DNA from: Lama glama
Lineage: Eukaryota
Reading direction: 5' to 3'
Assembly: GCA_028534125.1 (NCBI GenBank)
Contig: CM052816.1
Location: forward strand, 93,436,001 to 93,500,000
DNA: 64,000 nt
In this document: positions 24,128 through 38,100 of the stretch, one piece after another
How the letters are laid out: the number at the start of each line of letters is the position of its first letter
How positions within the stretch are numbered: position 1 is the first letter of the stretch
Notes under the pieces: generated by a model
The model's input: only the letters and a program-made list of their open reading frames with translations
The model's database searches: none
What the model was told of the DNA's origin: nothing
Translations under genes and position numbers: made by a program

Positions 24128-26899
24128 TGTTCTCATACATTGGCCACTGACTCCATCAGCATTCATGTAAGTTTTTCTCTTCTATACATTGTATGTATTA
24201 AATTTGTAATGCACTAGTCAAGGTACATGAAGCACCCTTTGTGTTAGTTTTTTATTAATATTCCATCTCTCACAACTGGCGTTACAGAAATTCCCTGGAG
24301 TCCACTGGGGATTGGTTATGCATTGTGGAGAGGAGGGCCAACTGCCCTTTTATGAGGTGACTCCAAGCCTTTATTAAATCTCATCTCCCTTTGTTCCTTC
24401 CTTGCTGCATTAGGAAGAGATCTGCAGTCTTTTAATTTTCTATGTCAGTTCAAAACCTAGCTGTATATGGTACAAGGGAAATTCTCAACTTTAGAAAAGA
24501 AGCAAGGATTGGAATGTTTCTGACATTTTTTTGGACAGTTATGTTCCATCATTGTGCCTCAGAAGCAAGGGATAGGCTTCTTTCAATGTGTTGAACCATG
24601 AAAAAAGGAAACAAGAATAGATTTTCACATACTTTTAAGTGAAATAATAGCCAAATAACTATACGGCTCACTGCTTTCGGTTATTTTTGCAGATAGAAGT
24701 AGAACCAGTTTCTCTGTTCTGCTCTTCATGGTGAGGTCATTGTTTTTGTGGAAGGATTTCTTAAAAGTGATGGCATGCTCTGGATCAAGAGTCCTCTCAA
24801 TCTTTTCCGTGTACTTGCCCCTTAAAACAATCCATCTAATTCTGAAATACTCCAAGGAGAGATCTGGCAAATCATTAAGTGAAAAATAATTTTAATCTGG
24901 CCATGAACGTATGTGGGCATTGGGAATGGCAGTTCATTGGTGGCTGTAAATTGCACAGTACTAACACTGCGTTTAATCTCAAAAGCTGGGTACAAAATGA
25001 TTAATCAGAATTTAAATCACAATTTAAATATTTCAACATTGGGATTTTCTCTTAGGTTTTTTTCCCCCCACCTCCTCTGGCAATTGCATTTTTTTCATGT
25101 AGTTTTCAAGTTTGTATAACACTGGTTTTGTAAGACAAGGTATGTCAATTACAGGGAAGCTAGTTTATTGTTTTTATTTTTGTTTTTGTTTTTCTCCTGA
25201 ACCAAAGTATTTTGACAGCATTTAATGCAACATCTTCAAGAAGGCATCTGGACTATTGTTACAGATGAACATTTCTCATTTCATTGTCTGAGTACAAAGC
25301 CATTTATAGGGCAACTTATCACATAAACACCCCATTGGCATCTTATAATAGAAATCAATAACAGCGAAAGAGAAGACAGATACAATTTAACCGTATGCTA
25401 CACCAAAAAGAAAGTAAAAGGTATCCTGTGAACTTCTTAAAAACTTAGAGTATGTTATAATTACCTTGCGTTAATGCCTGATGCATACATTTAATTTCCA
25501 CTAGTCTTTGGCAAAAGGAAAGCAAAGTACTTGTTTTAATAGGAAGGTTAAAAAATTATCCTTTTTGATTCATGGAACATTTTCAGATTTCTTTTTGTTT
25601 TTAAATGCATTGTCGGTTGAGGTATGAAGAAATGCTTTTCAGACATGAAAGAAAGTGGGGAGGGGAAGAAGTAGAGTCTAGAAAGAAGCAGGGAATGATT
25701 GTCTTTTCCGGAGTGTGGGCCAAGTAGGAAGACATCTGCACAGGCAGGGCAAGCTGACTGTTCCAAGAAGGGGAGGTTTGGAAGTGGGACAGAGGTGACG
25801 ATGGGCTGGAGATACCAATGTAGCTGATGCTCTGGACTAGAAGAGTAAGACCTCCAAACTGAAAAAAGGGTGGCACTGCCCCAGCCCAGTCAGGGCAGTG
25901 CTGCATGCCTGCTCAGAGTGGCTCAGCCTGAAGGAGGCTGAGGCAGGGACGGCAGCAGTGACCCCAGGAGGTGGCCATCATTTAGATGAGAAGTGTCGAA
26001 ATGGCAAGGAAAGCAACATGCATGCGTGGCCTTGAAGGGAGGAATTCAGAGCAGCCAGGCTTGGAAAAGACACCCTGAGAGACTTAATACGACCTTCCCA
26101 AACAGGGAAGCCGGGACAGAGGCAGAGCATGGTGGGAGCTGGGGTCCTCAGGAATGATACATGGTAGTGTGATCACCATGGAAGCGGCTGGGTTTCTTCT
26201 AATTGTCCCTCAAGGAGCCCACAGGTCTTTATTTTGTCTAGGTACCTTGAGGGCAAGGTGGTGATGTCTAGTAGCCACGCCAAGTCCTCATAAATGACTC
26301 CAGGGCCACTGCTGTTGCAGAGGTCCCCAGTTTGGGGACGGCAAACACCTGACTCGTGCTTTACTGTTAAGACAATGCCAGTCAAGCATCTCCTCATCTC
26401 TCGTGGTAATAATTGACTATTAATCTCATTTAGATTTTGCAGCTTTTTCTTTGACCCCAACTATCCATTCCCTCATTTCCTTCAATTTCTTTTATTATTT
26501 AGTGTCAGAATCTCACATTCACAGGAAGTGAAGTTGTTTCTGCTTATTTTCTCTTAGTAATTTAGCACATTTTCGTACATTTAGCAATTCACATTTACTT
26601 TTGTTACTTTGCTCAAACGAAAAGAGGAAAATTTTTAACATACTATTTTAAATTAATAAAATAAAAAGTCATAATCTCGTTAGTCTATTGTAATTTTGCA
26701 CTTCACCTTCAAATGTTAGAGGGGGCTATTTATTTCTTTTCCTTTAGCTCTTAGGAGCAATCATCCTCTTTCTGGATAAAATATTAAGAAGCCACGACTA
26801 TTCTCCTTTTCTTCTCTTTTTTTTATTTTGTAGCTTTATTGAAATATAATTCATAAACCTAAAGTTTACTCTTCTTAAAATGCACATGTTACTTCAGTG

Positions 26900-26951
26900 G
26901 TTTTAATATACCACAAATTTGTGCAGTTTTAATATACCACAAATTTGTGCA
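26900..26951. repeat. perfect 26-bp tandem duplication
   Basis: gttttaatataccacaaatttgtgca x2. Confidence 0.95.
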
Positions 26952-27374
26952 CTACCTAATTTTAGAACATTTTAATAACCCCCCCCAAATAAACCTCATA
27001 CCCATTAGCACTTGCTCCCCATTCCTCTCTTCTCCAGCTCCTGGTAACCACTAATCTACTTCCTGTTTCTCTGGATTTGTCTTTTCTGGAGACTTCATAT
27101 AAATGGGGTCATATATTTTGTCATCTTCTGCTTGATATCTGGCTTTTTTTAATTTAACACAATTTTCTCATATTTTAACATGTGTCAGTATTTCATTCAT
27201 TTTTATACCTGAATAATATTCCATTGGACTGATATAAAATATTTTGTGTCCATTCATCAGTTGATGGATACTTGGGTTGTTTCTGCATTTTGACTGTTAT
27301 GAATAATGCTGCTTTGAACATTTATGAACACATTTTTGTGTGGACATATGTTTTAATTCATCTTGAGTATACAC

Positions 27375-27766
27375 TATATTAGATTTCTAGGGCTGTCATA
27401 GTAAAAGACCATGGACTGGGTGGCTTAAACACTAGAGATTTATTTTTTCCTGGTTCTGGAGGCTTGAAGTTCAAGATCAAGGTGTGGGCAGGTTCAGTCT
27501 ATTTTGAGATCTCTCTCGTCGGCTTGCAAATAGCTACCTTCTTAACTGTGTCCTCACATGTTTATCCCTCTGTGTGTTATCTTTGTCCTAACTTCCTATT
27601 CTTATAAAGACACTGGTCACATTGGATTCAAGCCTGCCATAAAGACCTCATTTTAACTTAATATCCTTTTGAAAGACCTTGTCTCCAAATGTGATTACAT
27701 TTTGAAGTCCTGGGAGTTAGGACATCAACATATGAATTTTGAGGGGACACAATTCAACCCATGGTA
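27375..27766 (-). mobile_element. MLT1B-like solo LTR nested in L1MB
   Basis: tattagatttctagggctgtcata...ggtggcttaaac...gacctcattttaacttaat...gaggggacacaattcaacccat. Confidence 0.9.
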
Positions 27767-28887
27767 AATACTTAGGAGGAAAACCATTGTTACATGATAA
27801 TACTCCATTTAACATTTTGAGAAACTCTCAAGTAGTTTTCAAAGCAGCTGTACCATTTTATATTCCCACCAGCACTGTAGAAGAGTTCCAATTCCTCCAC
27901 ATCCTCACCAGCTCTGGCTACTGTCTATCTTTTTGATTACAGCTATTCACAGAAAGTAAAATTTTGAGGTGTATCCTTCTGCAAGTTTGCCTTTTCTCCA
28001 TATTTCTGTTTCTGCTCTCACATTGTCCCTCTTGACAATGGTGCTAATATCATGTCTATGTGTACACTTGGCATATTCTAAAGGCTTAAATATTTGATTA
28101 TAATGTTGGTAATATTAACAATTAAAATAGGCGGGGGATGTTGTAACATTTGATGAATTGTGGTTTTTGTCAATAAAACAGTCCGCACGTATACCATAAA
28201 TACATATTATCACTGAAAAAATAGACAATTTGGATGAGTGATTTGAGTTTTTTTACATATTATTTTACCTAAATTTGAAAACAGCCCACACTGTATACAG
28301 ATAGAGATACAGATGTAGATATAAATTTAGATTTAGATGTAATATAGATCTATAAAGCCAAGAAAGCACTTACTACAAAGTCCTTTCAACACCTCTTTGC
28401 TTGTTGAAATACACTGCAAACAACAGAAAAGTATTGCACCAGCCAAAATGCATTTTGGGAAGTGTGTGCTCTGGTGTTACCATTCTCCTTCCAGAATGGA
28501 ATTTATTAGGGAACAAATTGTTTACATGAATTGGAAGTCCCTTATGTATGCCTATTTGCATCCTGATGAAGAATTTCTGAATTTGGTTTTTAAGTAAATT
28601 TATGGTTTTCTGGAGGACCATAATATCTTCACATAATTGCATTCAAGAATATTCATTTTTTTGCAATAGTCAACAAAGAAACCATTAAAATTCACACAAA
28701 AGTATTCTCCGAAGAGCTATAAGTGAGAATGATCTTTCTTTTCGCCAGGTGTCTGGGAAAGGAGTTTATATCTTGCCTGAGGCCAATACATTTTTAATGT
28801 CTTCTTAATATCTTTGAAACTTATATCAATGCAAAAAACAAAGCAGTAATGATATTCTAAACACTGAGGTCTCATTTCCGGCTAGAC

Positions 28888-28912
28888 TGTTTGTTTGTTT
28901 GTTTGTTTGTTT
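28888..28912. repeat. (TGTT)n microsatellite
   Basis: About 6 units seen directly. Confidence 0.9.
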
Positions 28913-29544
28913 AATGGTAATTGTGTTCAGTCTGAGCTTCTCCCTTGGGTGTATCTTTTTGGGCTGGTCACACCCAACTCAGCCATAATGTCATCTCCTC
29001 TATGAAGCTCTCATGGACGCTCTCAGTGGAGTCCCTTCTCTTTGCTGTGTTCTGCTTATCCTCCATTGCAGCAGCATCATTTATGAGCTACAATAATTCT
29101 GTGTGTGTCCATCTCTTCATGTGAATCAGGGGTTCTCAAGGACGACAACACATCAGAATTGTCTGAAGAACTTTTCAAATATCTGCCCCCTTCTGAGATC
29201 CTGACACAGGAAGAGCTAAGTTGTGTCCCAATCAGAACAGACTCCTTCCATTTCCTAGATTTTGGACCCTGCGGTAGTTCATCAGAATCTGGGAAGGGGC
29301 AGAAAGCCACTCTCCTCCAGGATTTTACGATGGACTGATCTTTCTTCTCTCTTCCTCCCTCCTTTTCCTATCTTGTGGTCTGATTCTGCCAGAGGAGCTA
29401 GTGGATGTTCGTAAATAAAAGACTTAACATTTATGCATTTCACAGACACATCTAAAGAGGTGGGTCTAGGATGGGCTTTTCAAGACATCTTAGCTGAAAA
29501 GACATTTTATGAGAAAAACTAAATAAAGAATGAAAGTATTTTAA

Positions 29545-29725
29545 CAATATATAGTTTATTGACCTATGTGCTAGATAGTTTGTTGAGTACTTTACAATAA
29601 TTTAATTCTCCCTACAACTCCATGAAGTATATATGATTATCCTGATTTGAAAGATGAAGAAATATCCTCAGAGAAATTCAATAGATTGCTTGAAATCATA
29701 TACCAGTAAGTAATAAGGCTAGAAT
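29545..29725 (-). mobile_element. MIR SINE
   Basis: tttattgacctatgtgctagat...atttaattctccctacaactccatgaagta...gatgaagaaa...cagagaaattcaatagattgc. Confidence 0.65.
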
Positions 29726-31874
29726 GAGGCAAATGTTTTTTACCTCTCACAGTCTTTTTTAAGGGTTATCTTAAAATGCTTACATTTTATGTTATTTTTG
29801 TTATGTAGTTATTTATGTTATTATGATATTTATTATTTATATTATTTATTACTTATATTAATATTAGCAAATGTTAATATTGTGTTAATATTAGCAAATA
29901 TTGTAGCTACAGAATCATTTGGGGTCCTTGTCCATATCCGTATAGTAATACAGTTAATATTCTCAGTAACTTGCACAAATGAGAAGGATGGTGTGTTGCT
30001 TCTGGGGAGAAAAACCATGCCTAGTATCAAGGAGCAGAGAAAGTGATGCTGCTGAGATAGAAAATTTGGGGAGATAATAGAAATTTTTAAAAAAGATTTT
30101 ATAAAATTTTATTCTTTTCCCCATTTTCCTGCAATGTTATCTCCTTCCTCTTTTTGGAGTTTGATTTATTTTTAGAATTTTTTAAGTGCCCATTTCTGGA
30201 GATACTTTCTTCAAAGTGGGGGATGAAAAGCATCGACAGAGAGCAGATGCTATTCCAACAGGGAGATGGATAAAGTAAATGCGTATTTACTTGATCTAGT
30301 ATTTAATTTCATTGGCATAAAAATCAGCATCAGCAGTCTGTTTCATCATTTGGGTGACTGCGTCCTTTGACTTTCATTCAACATGAAATTCACCTCTTCA
30401 GGGTTATGATGCTTAGATCAACATGAGGAAAAGGGTTTCTAGTGTCCTCTTCCCTCCGTCACGTTTCCGTGTGTGAAATGTGTATTGGAGAGATTGTTGC
30501 ACTTCCTCTTTTTTGGCACTTTGTGTCAGAAGTAAATGCAGAATGATTAAATTGAGTGGATTAAATGGGGATTAAGTTCTGGTGCAGAAAATATTCAGGT
30601 TGAGGCAGCAGGTCTAGTTATTAAAGTAAACATGTGATTTCCAGTGATGCCGTGATAGCGCTAAAGCTTGTTTACAGCCGAGCAGTTGATTGCTAAGCAA
30701 ATTCTCTCCCTCCATCCTCAAGCAGGGTGCACACAGAGTGTGTAGGATTTTCCACCTCTCACTTCTCCCAGCCCAGTAATTTCAACATCTGTGTGTACTT
30801 TGTAAGACAAGCCTGGAAACAAGATAAGGAAAAATTAGAAACAGCAACACTGCTTCTTTCAAGCAGATAGGCATAATTCTTGGCAATCAGTGCCCACAAA
30901 TTGCAACTTTTCTGTTGATGCTATGAAACTACATGAAAGATGAAAATCCCCATGCTCTAGGTAGCTTTCATGTAATTAATCATGGATTCTAGGGATAGAG
31001 GAAACCAAAGAGGCTCCATAAACTCTCTAAAATGTGGTGAATTTTCAAAATTTAGACCATCATTTGAAAATTAATCTTTTTGGATGAAAAATATCTTGCA
31101 TGCATTCAAAAATATTTATTCTTTTTTCATATGAAGTACCTGGAGAATCATGAGATTTGAACAGAGGTGGCAGTTTTACATTTGAAAGTCAGTGTTTAGT
31201 AGCCTTGAGCACAGCTGGGTGTAGCCTGTGACCTGGAGAGCAGGGGGAGGAGATTACTGAATGCGCAGAACAGACTTCGAGCGGGTGCTCCAAGGGCCAG
31301 CAAGAAACGAGAGAGGGCTGAGGTGGAGACGTAGGGAGAGGAAGCCTTTTTGTGGAGAACCCAATATGCTGAATTTGAGACATTGTGGCGAATCCACCAT
31401 GCTGAATACTGCCCTGGAACACTCCTCATCCTCCAAGAGTAATAGAAAAAAGGGCTGTTAGTCTTCAAATATCTCCTTGGCTGTTGGCTGTCACTGCAAT
31501 TTCATTCAATCAGAGCTGCTATCAATTATAAGGGTGAGTTTGTCTTATTTCCACTTAGGAAAGAAAAAAAAAACCACTTCCTATTAAACAATGACACAAC
31601 CATACCTTCTCATTAAGACTTTTTATTTTAAGCTTTTTGTAAGAAGTTTTAAAATACGTGATTAATTAACTGGTTACACCAGCCTCTTGTTAGTTTGAAA
31701 TATCTTTTGCTATTTTCTAGGGCTATGGCCTGCCATTTATCTTGCCTTCAGCTGCACTGTTTGGTGTGTGTTGGGCAGCCCTCATGTACAAAAACAAGGC
31801 TTTTTCCTCCTGTGGATTCTGTCCTCCTTGAGGGTCCATAAAACTCTTTTTTGTGTGTGTGTGCAAAAAAATAT

Positions 31875-32590
31875 GTATGCGCATATATCCCAATGAAAAA
31901 ATCACTATCCTGAAAAGATCTTTTACCTCTAAGTTCACTGCAGCATTATTTACAATAACCAAGCCATGGAAACAACCTAAGTGTTTAATGACGGAAGAAT
32001 GGGTAAAGAATTTGTGATATATAAAAAAAAAGTATATATTTATTTAATGCAATACTATTCAGCCATGTAAAATAAGGAAATTTGGCCACTTGAGACATTG
32101 TGTATGGATCTTGTGGGCATTATGCTAAGCTAAATAAGTCAGACAGATAAAGAAAAATACTGCATGATTTTACTTATATGTGGAATCAAAAAAACAAAAA
32201 ACAAAAAACAAAAAACAACCTCATAGAAACCGAGATGAGATTTGTGATTGCCAGAGGCAAGGGATGGAGAGGGTAGGTGAAGTGGGTGTAGGTGATCATA
32301 AGATACAAACTTCTACAAGATAAATAAGTTCTGGGAATGCAGTGTATAACATGATGACTATAGCTAATAACACTGTTTCATATATTTGAAAATTGCTAAG
32401 AGAATAAATCTGAAGTTTTCATCATAAGGAAAAAAATAAACTATGTGATTCGATGGATGTTAACCAAATTTATTGTAATCATTCTGTAATATATACATAT
32501 ATGAAATCACTGTGTTGTGCACTTTAAGCTTATACAATTTTATACTTTAATTATTTCTCAATAAAACTGGAAAAATAAAATTAAAAAAAG
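31875..32590 (+). mobile_element. L1 3' end (L1MA9/laurasiatherian-type)
   Basis: gttcactgcagcattatttacaataaccaag...atggaaacaacctaagtgt...gcattatgctaag...aataagtcagacaga...ctcaataaaactggaaaaa plus A-rich tail. Confidence 0.9.
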
Positions 32591-34704
32591 AAAATGTGGA
32601 ATTGCAGTCATTCCTTTAATGAGCAGCTTCATTTTCATCAAATGTACACCTTACTATTCTGGTTTTGTGCCTTTCAGCTCAGATAGTAAACTCAGGATTC
32701 AATGCTGAATCACAATGTAATATTTTAGAATAATCAAATAACTCTGCTTCAGATTTGCCCGTTATCCTTTATTGCCTCCCTTCTCGTATCAGAAAGGAGG
32801 TAAAGTTTAACAAGTCTTGCAAAACACCAGCCGTACTTAGAAAGATGGAATAAGGTTACATTAAAAAAAAACCCAGACAGTCTTGAATTCTGTTTAATTG
32901 AAAAAAGCCCTTTGGTGTGATGAATGCAGTCATTAGTTTAATATCTAGCTCCACTGAAATCTCTTACATCAGCTTTTGAGTTAAAGGAATCAAGGTGAAA
33001 TCCTGCCAAACTTTCAAAGATTTCTATCTAATAGGAATGGGCTGCACTGTGAAGATTTTTACTTGTTATCCTCTAAAGTCTGCAGAATGCAGATGGTGAT
33101 GACAGAAATTCCCTACAGGGATACAGGGCTTCAGGACAAGGATGTTTTAGAAGCTTTCATACATCAAATTTTAATGCCCAACAGTTGATGTACTATTGTC
33201 TTACAAAATAATATTTATTATTTAACCACATTTTGAGAACCTTACATTCAGAACGTATAAGTAGTTTTCTTTATAATCATATTTGGCCCTGGGAAATTCA
33301 ATCTCTTTTATTTCACAATATGACTATTGAATCAAATCAGAATGGAAAAGATGGCTCCATAAATTCTCCAATTAAGATTTTATCTAAGCCTCGCACCTCT
33401 AAATCATTTTTTTCTCTCATTCATGATATGAATACAGAACTTCAGTGTAAAATGCCTATCTGGATTTTCATGATAAGATTTTTGTATAGGTACCAGTTTT
33501 ATTTAAAAAAATGAACTGAAAGGCAGTCTTAAGAGAACTTAAATTTACATAATCAACTATATTTTAATTTCTCAACCAATGCTATTGTCAATGTTTAAAA
33601 GTGAGCCTCAAATTTAAGAATCCCTGAAAATTAGGTATCCTGAAAGCCTGTTCTAACATCCTTTGCCATATGAGTCAGTAAAAATAACATGTTTCCAAAA
33701 ATCACATTTACAAAATATTTAATATACTTAATATATTTAATGTTAATGTACTTGTGTACCCAGAGTCTTATTTTGAAGGTGTCTCACATATAACATGGAC
33801 TTATGGATTGACTCATTCAGTCATCAAACATTTAATGGGGCCCTATGGATAAGGCAAACTGAAATTACTCAACATTCAGAGATGAGTAAGGCAATGCTGC
33901 TGAAACATTGTTGGAGGGGGCGTATGTATAAATAAATAATAGAGATGTAATATAATACACACACATTTGGTAAACTATGGTTCTGCATGGATCTGGTGTG
34001 TTGGAGTAGACTTAGGGTTATACGTGATTTACCTTCCAAGAACTTGTAGGTCATTTTCAATCAGAAAATCTGGAAGGAACTTCTAGAGAGTGGAAACAGC
34101 ATATACCAAGGTTCACAAGCTCACAAGTGTGTGGACAATTTGGGCTTCACAAACCAAACTTGGTTGGAGAAAGTCCTGGTTGTACAAAGGGCGAACGGTA
34201 CAGCAAGAAGTAAGTTTGAGCAGGATGTTCATCCCAGTACTAGGGGATTATAGGGGGTTATAGAGCTGATGAAGATGGAAATAAAATTCAGTAGTCGGAC
34301 TCATTCGACCAGCACGTGGGAAATGTAAGTGTGAATGACATGTCGCAGATGCATAATTGCATTTTTCCAGCTCTAGCTTTGCAACTGATTATTTGGATCG
34401 TCTTTGCTAATTTATTTAGCCTCCACGCATGTATCAAACGAAGTAACTGATTCAGAGGGTCTGTAAGCCTAGCGACAGTTTTAAAAGACAAGCTGGACAA
34501 GGTGGAGCTCTGAGATAACCGTTCTGGTTGTCACTGAACGCCGGAAATTTTGCACACATTGTCGAGGCACCACCAGAGAAACCAACTAGAAAGCAATGAC
34601 ACAGATATTTGATCACATTTTAATATTTTTGTCTCATCATTTAGAGGGTCTTAAGGTATTTGTTTAAACCTCCTTTACTTCAGTGGACTTTTAGCATACA
34701 TTTT

Positions 34705-35190
34705 TAGATACATAGCGCTACTTGAATGTCTCTCCTATGTGAGAATTTTCCAACTTACAAGTTGCATGTCCTCAAGACAAGAGCTAGGAACTCACTTTCC
34801 CACTTCCTTCACAGCTGGGGCTTAGCACATGATCTCAGATTCATCATTCAGAGGCATCTAACCAAAATTTTATTTCAGCAGAGTGTGAGCTGAAAAGGAA
34901 GAACCATGTGGTGGAAATGTCTATCTTTTCAAGGCAGCAATTGAAGAGGTCCTGCCAGAGGAACCTCCCGCCCAGCATCAGTGATGCTGGTTCAAGGGCC
35001 ATGATGCTGATGGCAGCAACCAGTCTACCAGTGTGTCTTGGGCATTTAAGCTAGCTGTATAAGCCTCCAAGTGTGGTTCTTGACCCTCTTAGAAAGTCTG
35101 TGTTCTACCTATATTGTTTAGTAAATTTCTTCCTGCTTACGTTAACGAGAGGGGATTCTAGTATTTACATCTAAGAGCCTTTCTGATCCA
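34705..35190 (+). mobile_element. LTR33-like ERVL LTR
   Basis: agagctaggaactcactttcccacttccttcacagctgggg...tagtaaatttcttcctgcttacgttaacgagaggggattct...taagagcctttctgatcca. Confidence 0.7.
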
Positions 35191-38100
35191 CCAATATGAG
35201 CTCCTTCTCCTTTGGCACCTCTTTTTGTCAAACTTCATGTCTAGCTAGATGTGCATTGCTTTTCATCATGAGTCAGCACCAGAATGCTATTCCTTTTGGA
35301 ATCAAAATGTCAACTTTTTTGGCCTTATTTCAATACTCCAATTTCTTTAGAAACAAAGAATAAATTGAAAAGGAGGGTGAACTATTTCTAAAGCATGAGC
35401 TCACTGAATTTCAAATAGTTAAAATACACTATGCATACACCTTCCAATCTTTTAATCGGACAACTGCAATAATACTTAAGAATAACATGACTTACGCCCA
35501 ACATCCATTTTCAATTTGCTTATTATATGTAATAAATCAAGATCTCTTCAATTGTATCTTCCCCCTCTATTTATTAGGGATTCTTTCCATTATGTGTTTA
35601 TGTTAGAAGCTGTTTCTTTTGTTGTGATTATCACAGAATGTAACTTTTTCTGGTGATCTTTCAATGATAGTAAAAGTGGCCACTCTCCAAATAAGGCAGC
35701 TCAGGACTGAGCAGTGAGTCAATCTGCTGTTATAAGAGGTTCTCTTCTCTCTGCGATCTCACTCCAAAAATTGATGTAGAAAATTTATCTAAGGAAATAG
35801 CTGCTAAAACTTAAGATCTCTTGAGAGATTGATAGGAAAGGCAAGGGAAAGAGGAATCAGAAAGAACAGGGAGAAAACGGATCTGTGGTGAGAACGAAAA
35901 AACAAAAACCGTTCAAAGCAAAGAAGATGACAGAAAGTATAAAGTGGGCTGGTAATTGTCTGTCCAGGACTTCAGAATGGGAAGGATGCTCTGTGCTTGA
36001 ACACGTCCCAAGTGCCCCCATGCCTTAAACTGTAGCGTTCAATTATAATTTATTGTGATTAATTACTGCTCCCTCCAGTTGTCTCCTTTACAATGGATAT
36101 GCCAGGTAACCTACCAAATCATTAGCAGCTCCGTGAGACAATAGGCTAGTCCTGAGATTCTCAAAGCCTGGTTTACATCCTTCCCCTGTAATCCTCCCCT
36201 TTTAAATTGCACTTTACTTTCTTTCCCAGCCCTGCCACTCTCCTTTTACTAAAAAAAAAAAAAAATTGCCTTAACTATAATCTCCCACCTCACTTACATA
36301 GGCTTTTACAAAGATATTTCTAAAGATTCACATTCTCCATGTAACTGTAATGGGATTTTGCTTCCCCAAGGATGTGCAATCCCTGGATTGGGCACTTTTG
36401 GTTCTTTCTTTCCTGGCTTCTGATTCTGCCCCACCTCTGCAAGTTATACGGAGAGACATCTTCAGTTTTGCCTCCACTGAATTTTCTTACAGCATGTGGC
36501 TTCCTAGCATACCACGGAGCCTTAAGAGAGCTGTACACTAACAGGCTCACGCGCTGTCTTTCTTTTCATCCATTTCAGGCTGTTCAGCCTGACTTTGCTT
36601 CGCCTGAAGGTCCCCTGCATTTCCCCCCCATTTTTACTCTATACTTCTCTCTCCTTAGCCACCTGAATTCTGTCTTCCCACAATGCTCTCCCCATACACG
36701 AAACTGAATATAAAGCACATTTTGGTAGATTATTGGGACGTGCATCTGATTATCTGGATGAAACATATGTTTGTGCAGAGATTGACAAGGCCAGTTAATG
36801 TGTGTAGACTTCTACATGACTTCATCCTTTGGGGCTATGCAACAGAAAAAGTAAGAAGTCTTTGGGGACCCCAGCCGGGGCGTATCTTCTCCACAATAGC
36901 ACTTCTCCATACTTTTCTCCATGGAGTGCCCATGACAGATGCACTTCAAAGGGGGAATCCCCTAGTGGCAATTCTCAGAAGCCTCGTTTTTCTCTCTCTC
37001 TTTAAGACAGCGTTACCAAATGAGCTTTCTATTGAAGAGGTTAAAGGGAGTCTTAGGAGTTTGCTGTGAATGTAAACATGTCATTGTCCAAGACTCATGT
37101 GGGTAACACATGCTTGTGACACACCTCACTGAAGATTAGAACATGCTGGAGGGAAGTGGTACCTCAGACTAAGGTTCCGTGGCTGGATTTCTTGTCTGCC
37201 TCTCAGTTGCCTCCCATACTTGCTGTTCTGACCATGCCTATTAACCCCCTTTGTCTTTTTGCCTTACTCTTTTGTAATTGCTTCCCCTTTCAGTATATAT
37301 TTCACAATAGTATCAAAGATAATCTTTGTAATGGTGCCTTTTCAAAATTATATGACACAATCAGTTCTCCTCTGCTAAGAATGAAATGTCCAAACTTCAC
37401 CCATCCATTCTCACCTAGATTCACTCACCCACCTAGGACTTACCTGGTAGCTTTTCTGGAAACAGATGAATGAGACATTGGCTAAAATCCTTACCAGCTT
37501 TCAGGAAGCTGGGCTTATGCTTTTGAATAAATACTGACCTGTAGTAGGTAGCAAGCATCTTCACTTTGTAAGGGCCAAAAGGGGACTCAACTAAGCGTGT
37601 TTCACGATCGTAGCACGGGCGAGCTAGAATTCCTACTGCAACAAATCAAGGTGATTATGTTTTCTGCATCTATTCTGTGATTTCCTTCAGCCACACACCT
37701 TAAGGGCTGCTGATGGTAATCAGATACATGCATAGGGTGAGTGTTCTCCATTGTTTCTTCAACAAATCGGTGAAAATCAGATGTATTCATGAGGAAGACC
37801 CATAAGCTTTATATCCAAAAAGACAGAGCCACCCTGCATTTCAGTTTTAAGGTCAAACTTATATTTAATGAGATCTGCACATTTATACACTGAGGAGTGA
37901 GGGAGTGAGAACTCAGAGGGTGAATGTGATCTTATGTTTTGCTATAATTTTTTTTTATAATTTACAGAAAGTATATTATTTTAACTGATCTTAATTTAAC
38001 CTAAATGAAGTCTTCTAGAATCTTCTCAGCATGACACAAAATCTTATATAGTACCTATATGTCTATTTCAGTTTGCAATATATGTATATCTATATATAAA

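Larger units (their letters stand above)
26820..27945 (-). mobile_element. L1MB-like 3' end, interrupted by MLT1B
   Basis: agctttattgaaatataattcata...ctcctggtaaccactaatctactt...cattcatcagttgatggatacttgggttgtttc; resumes after 27766 with aatacttaggagga...ccattttatattcccaccagca. Confidence 0.88.

Noticed and set aside
28373..28642. Overlapping opposite-strand ORFs
   Set aside because: No recognisable homology or convincing splice boundaries
29789..30046. Hydrophobic ORF over an AT-rich stretch with repeated ttaatattagcaaat
   Set aside because: Low-complexity sequence with a local duplication; no coding evidence
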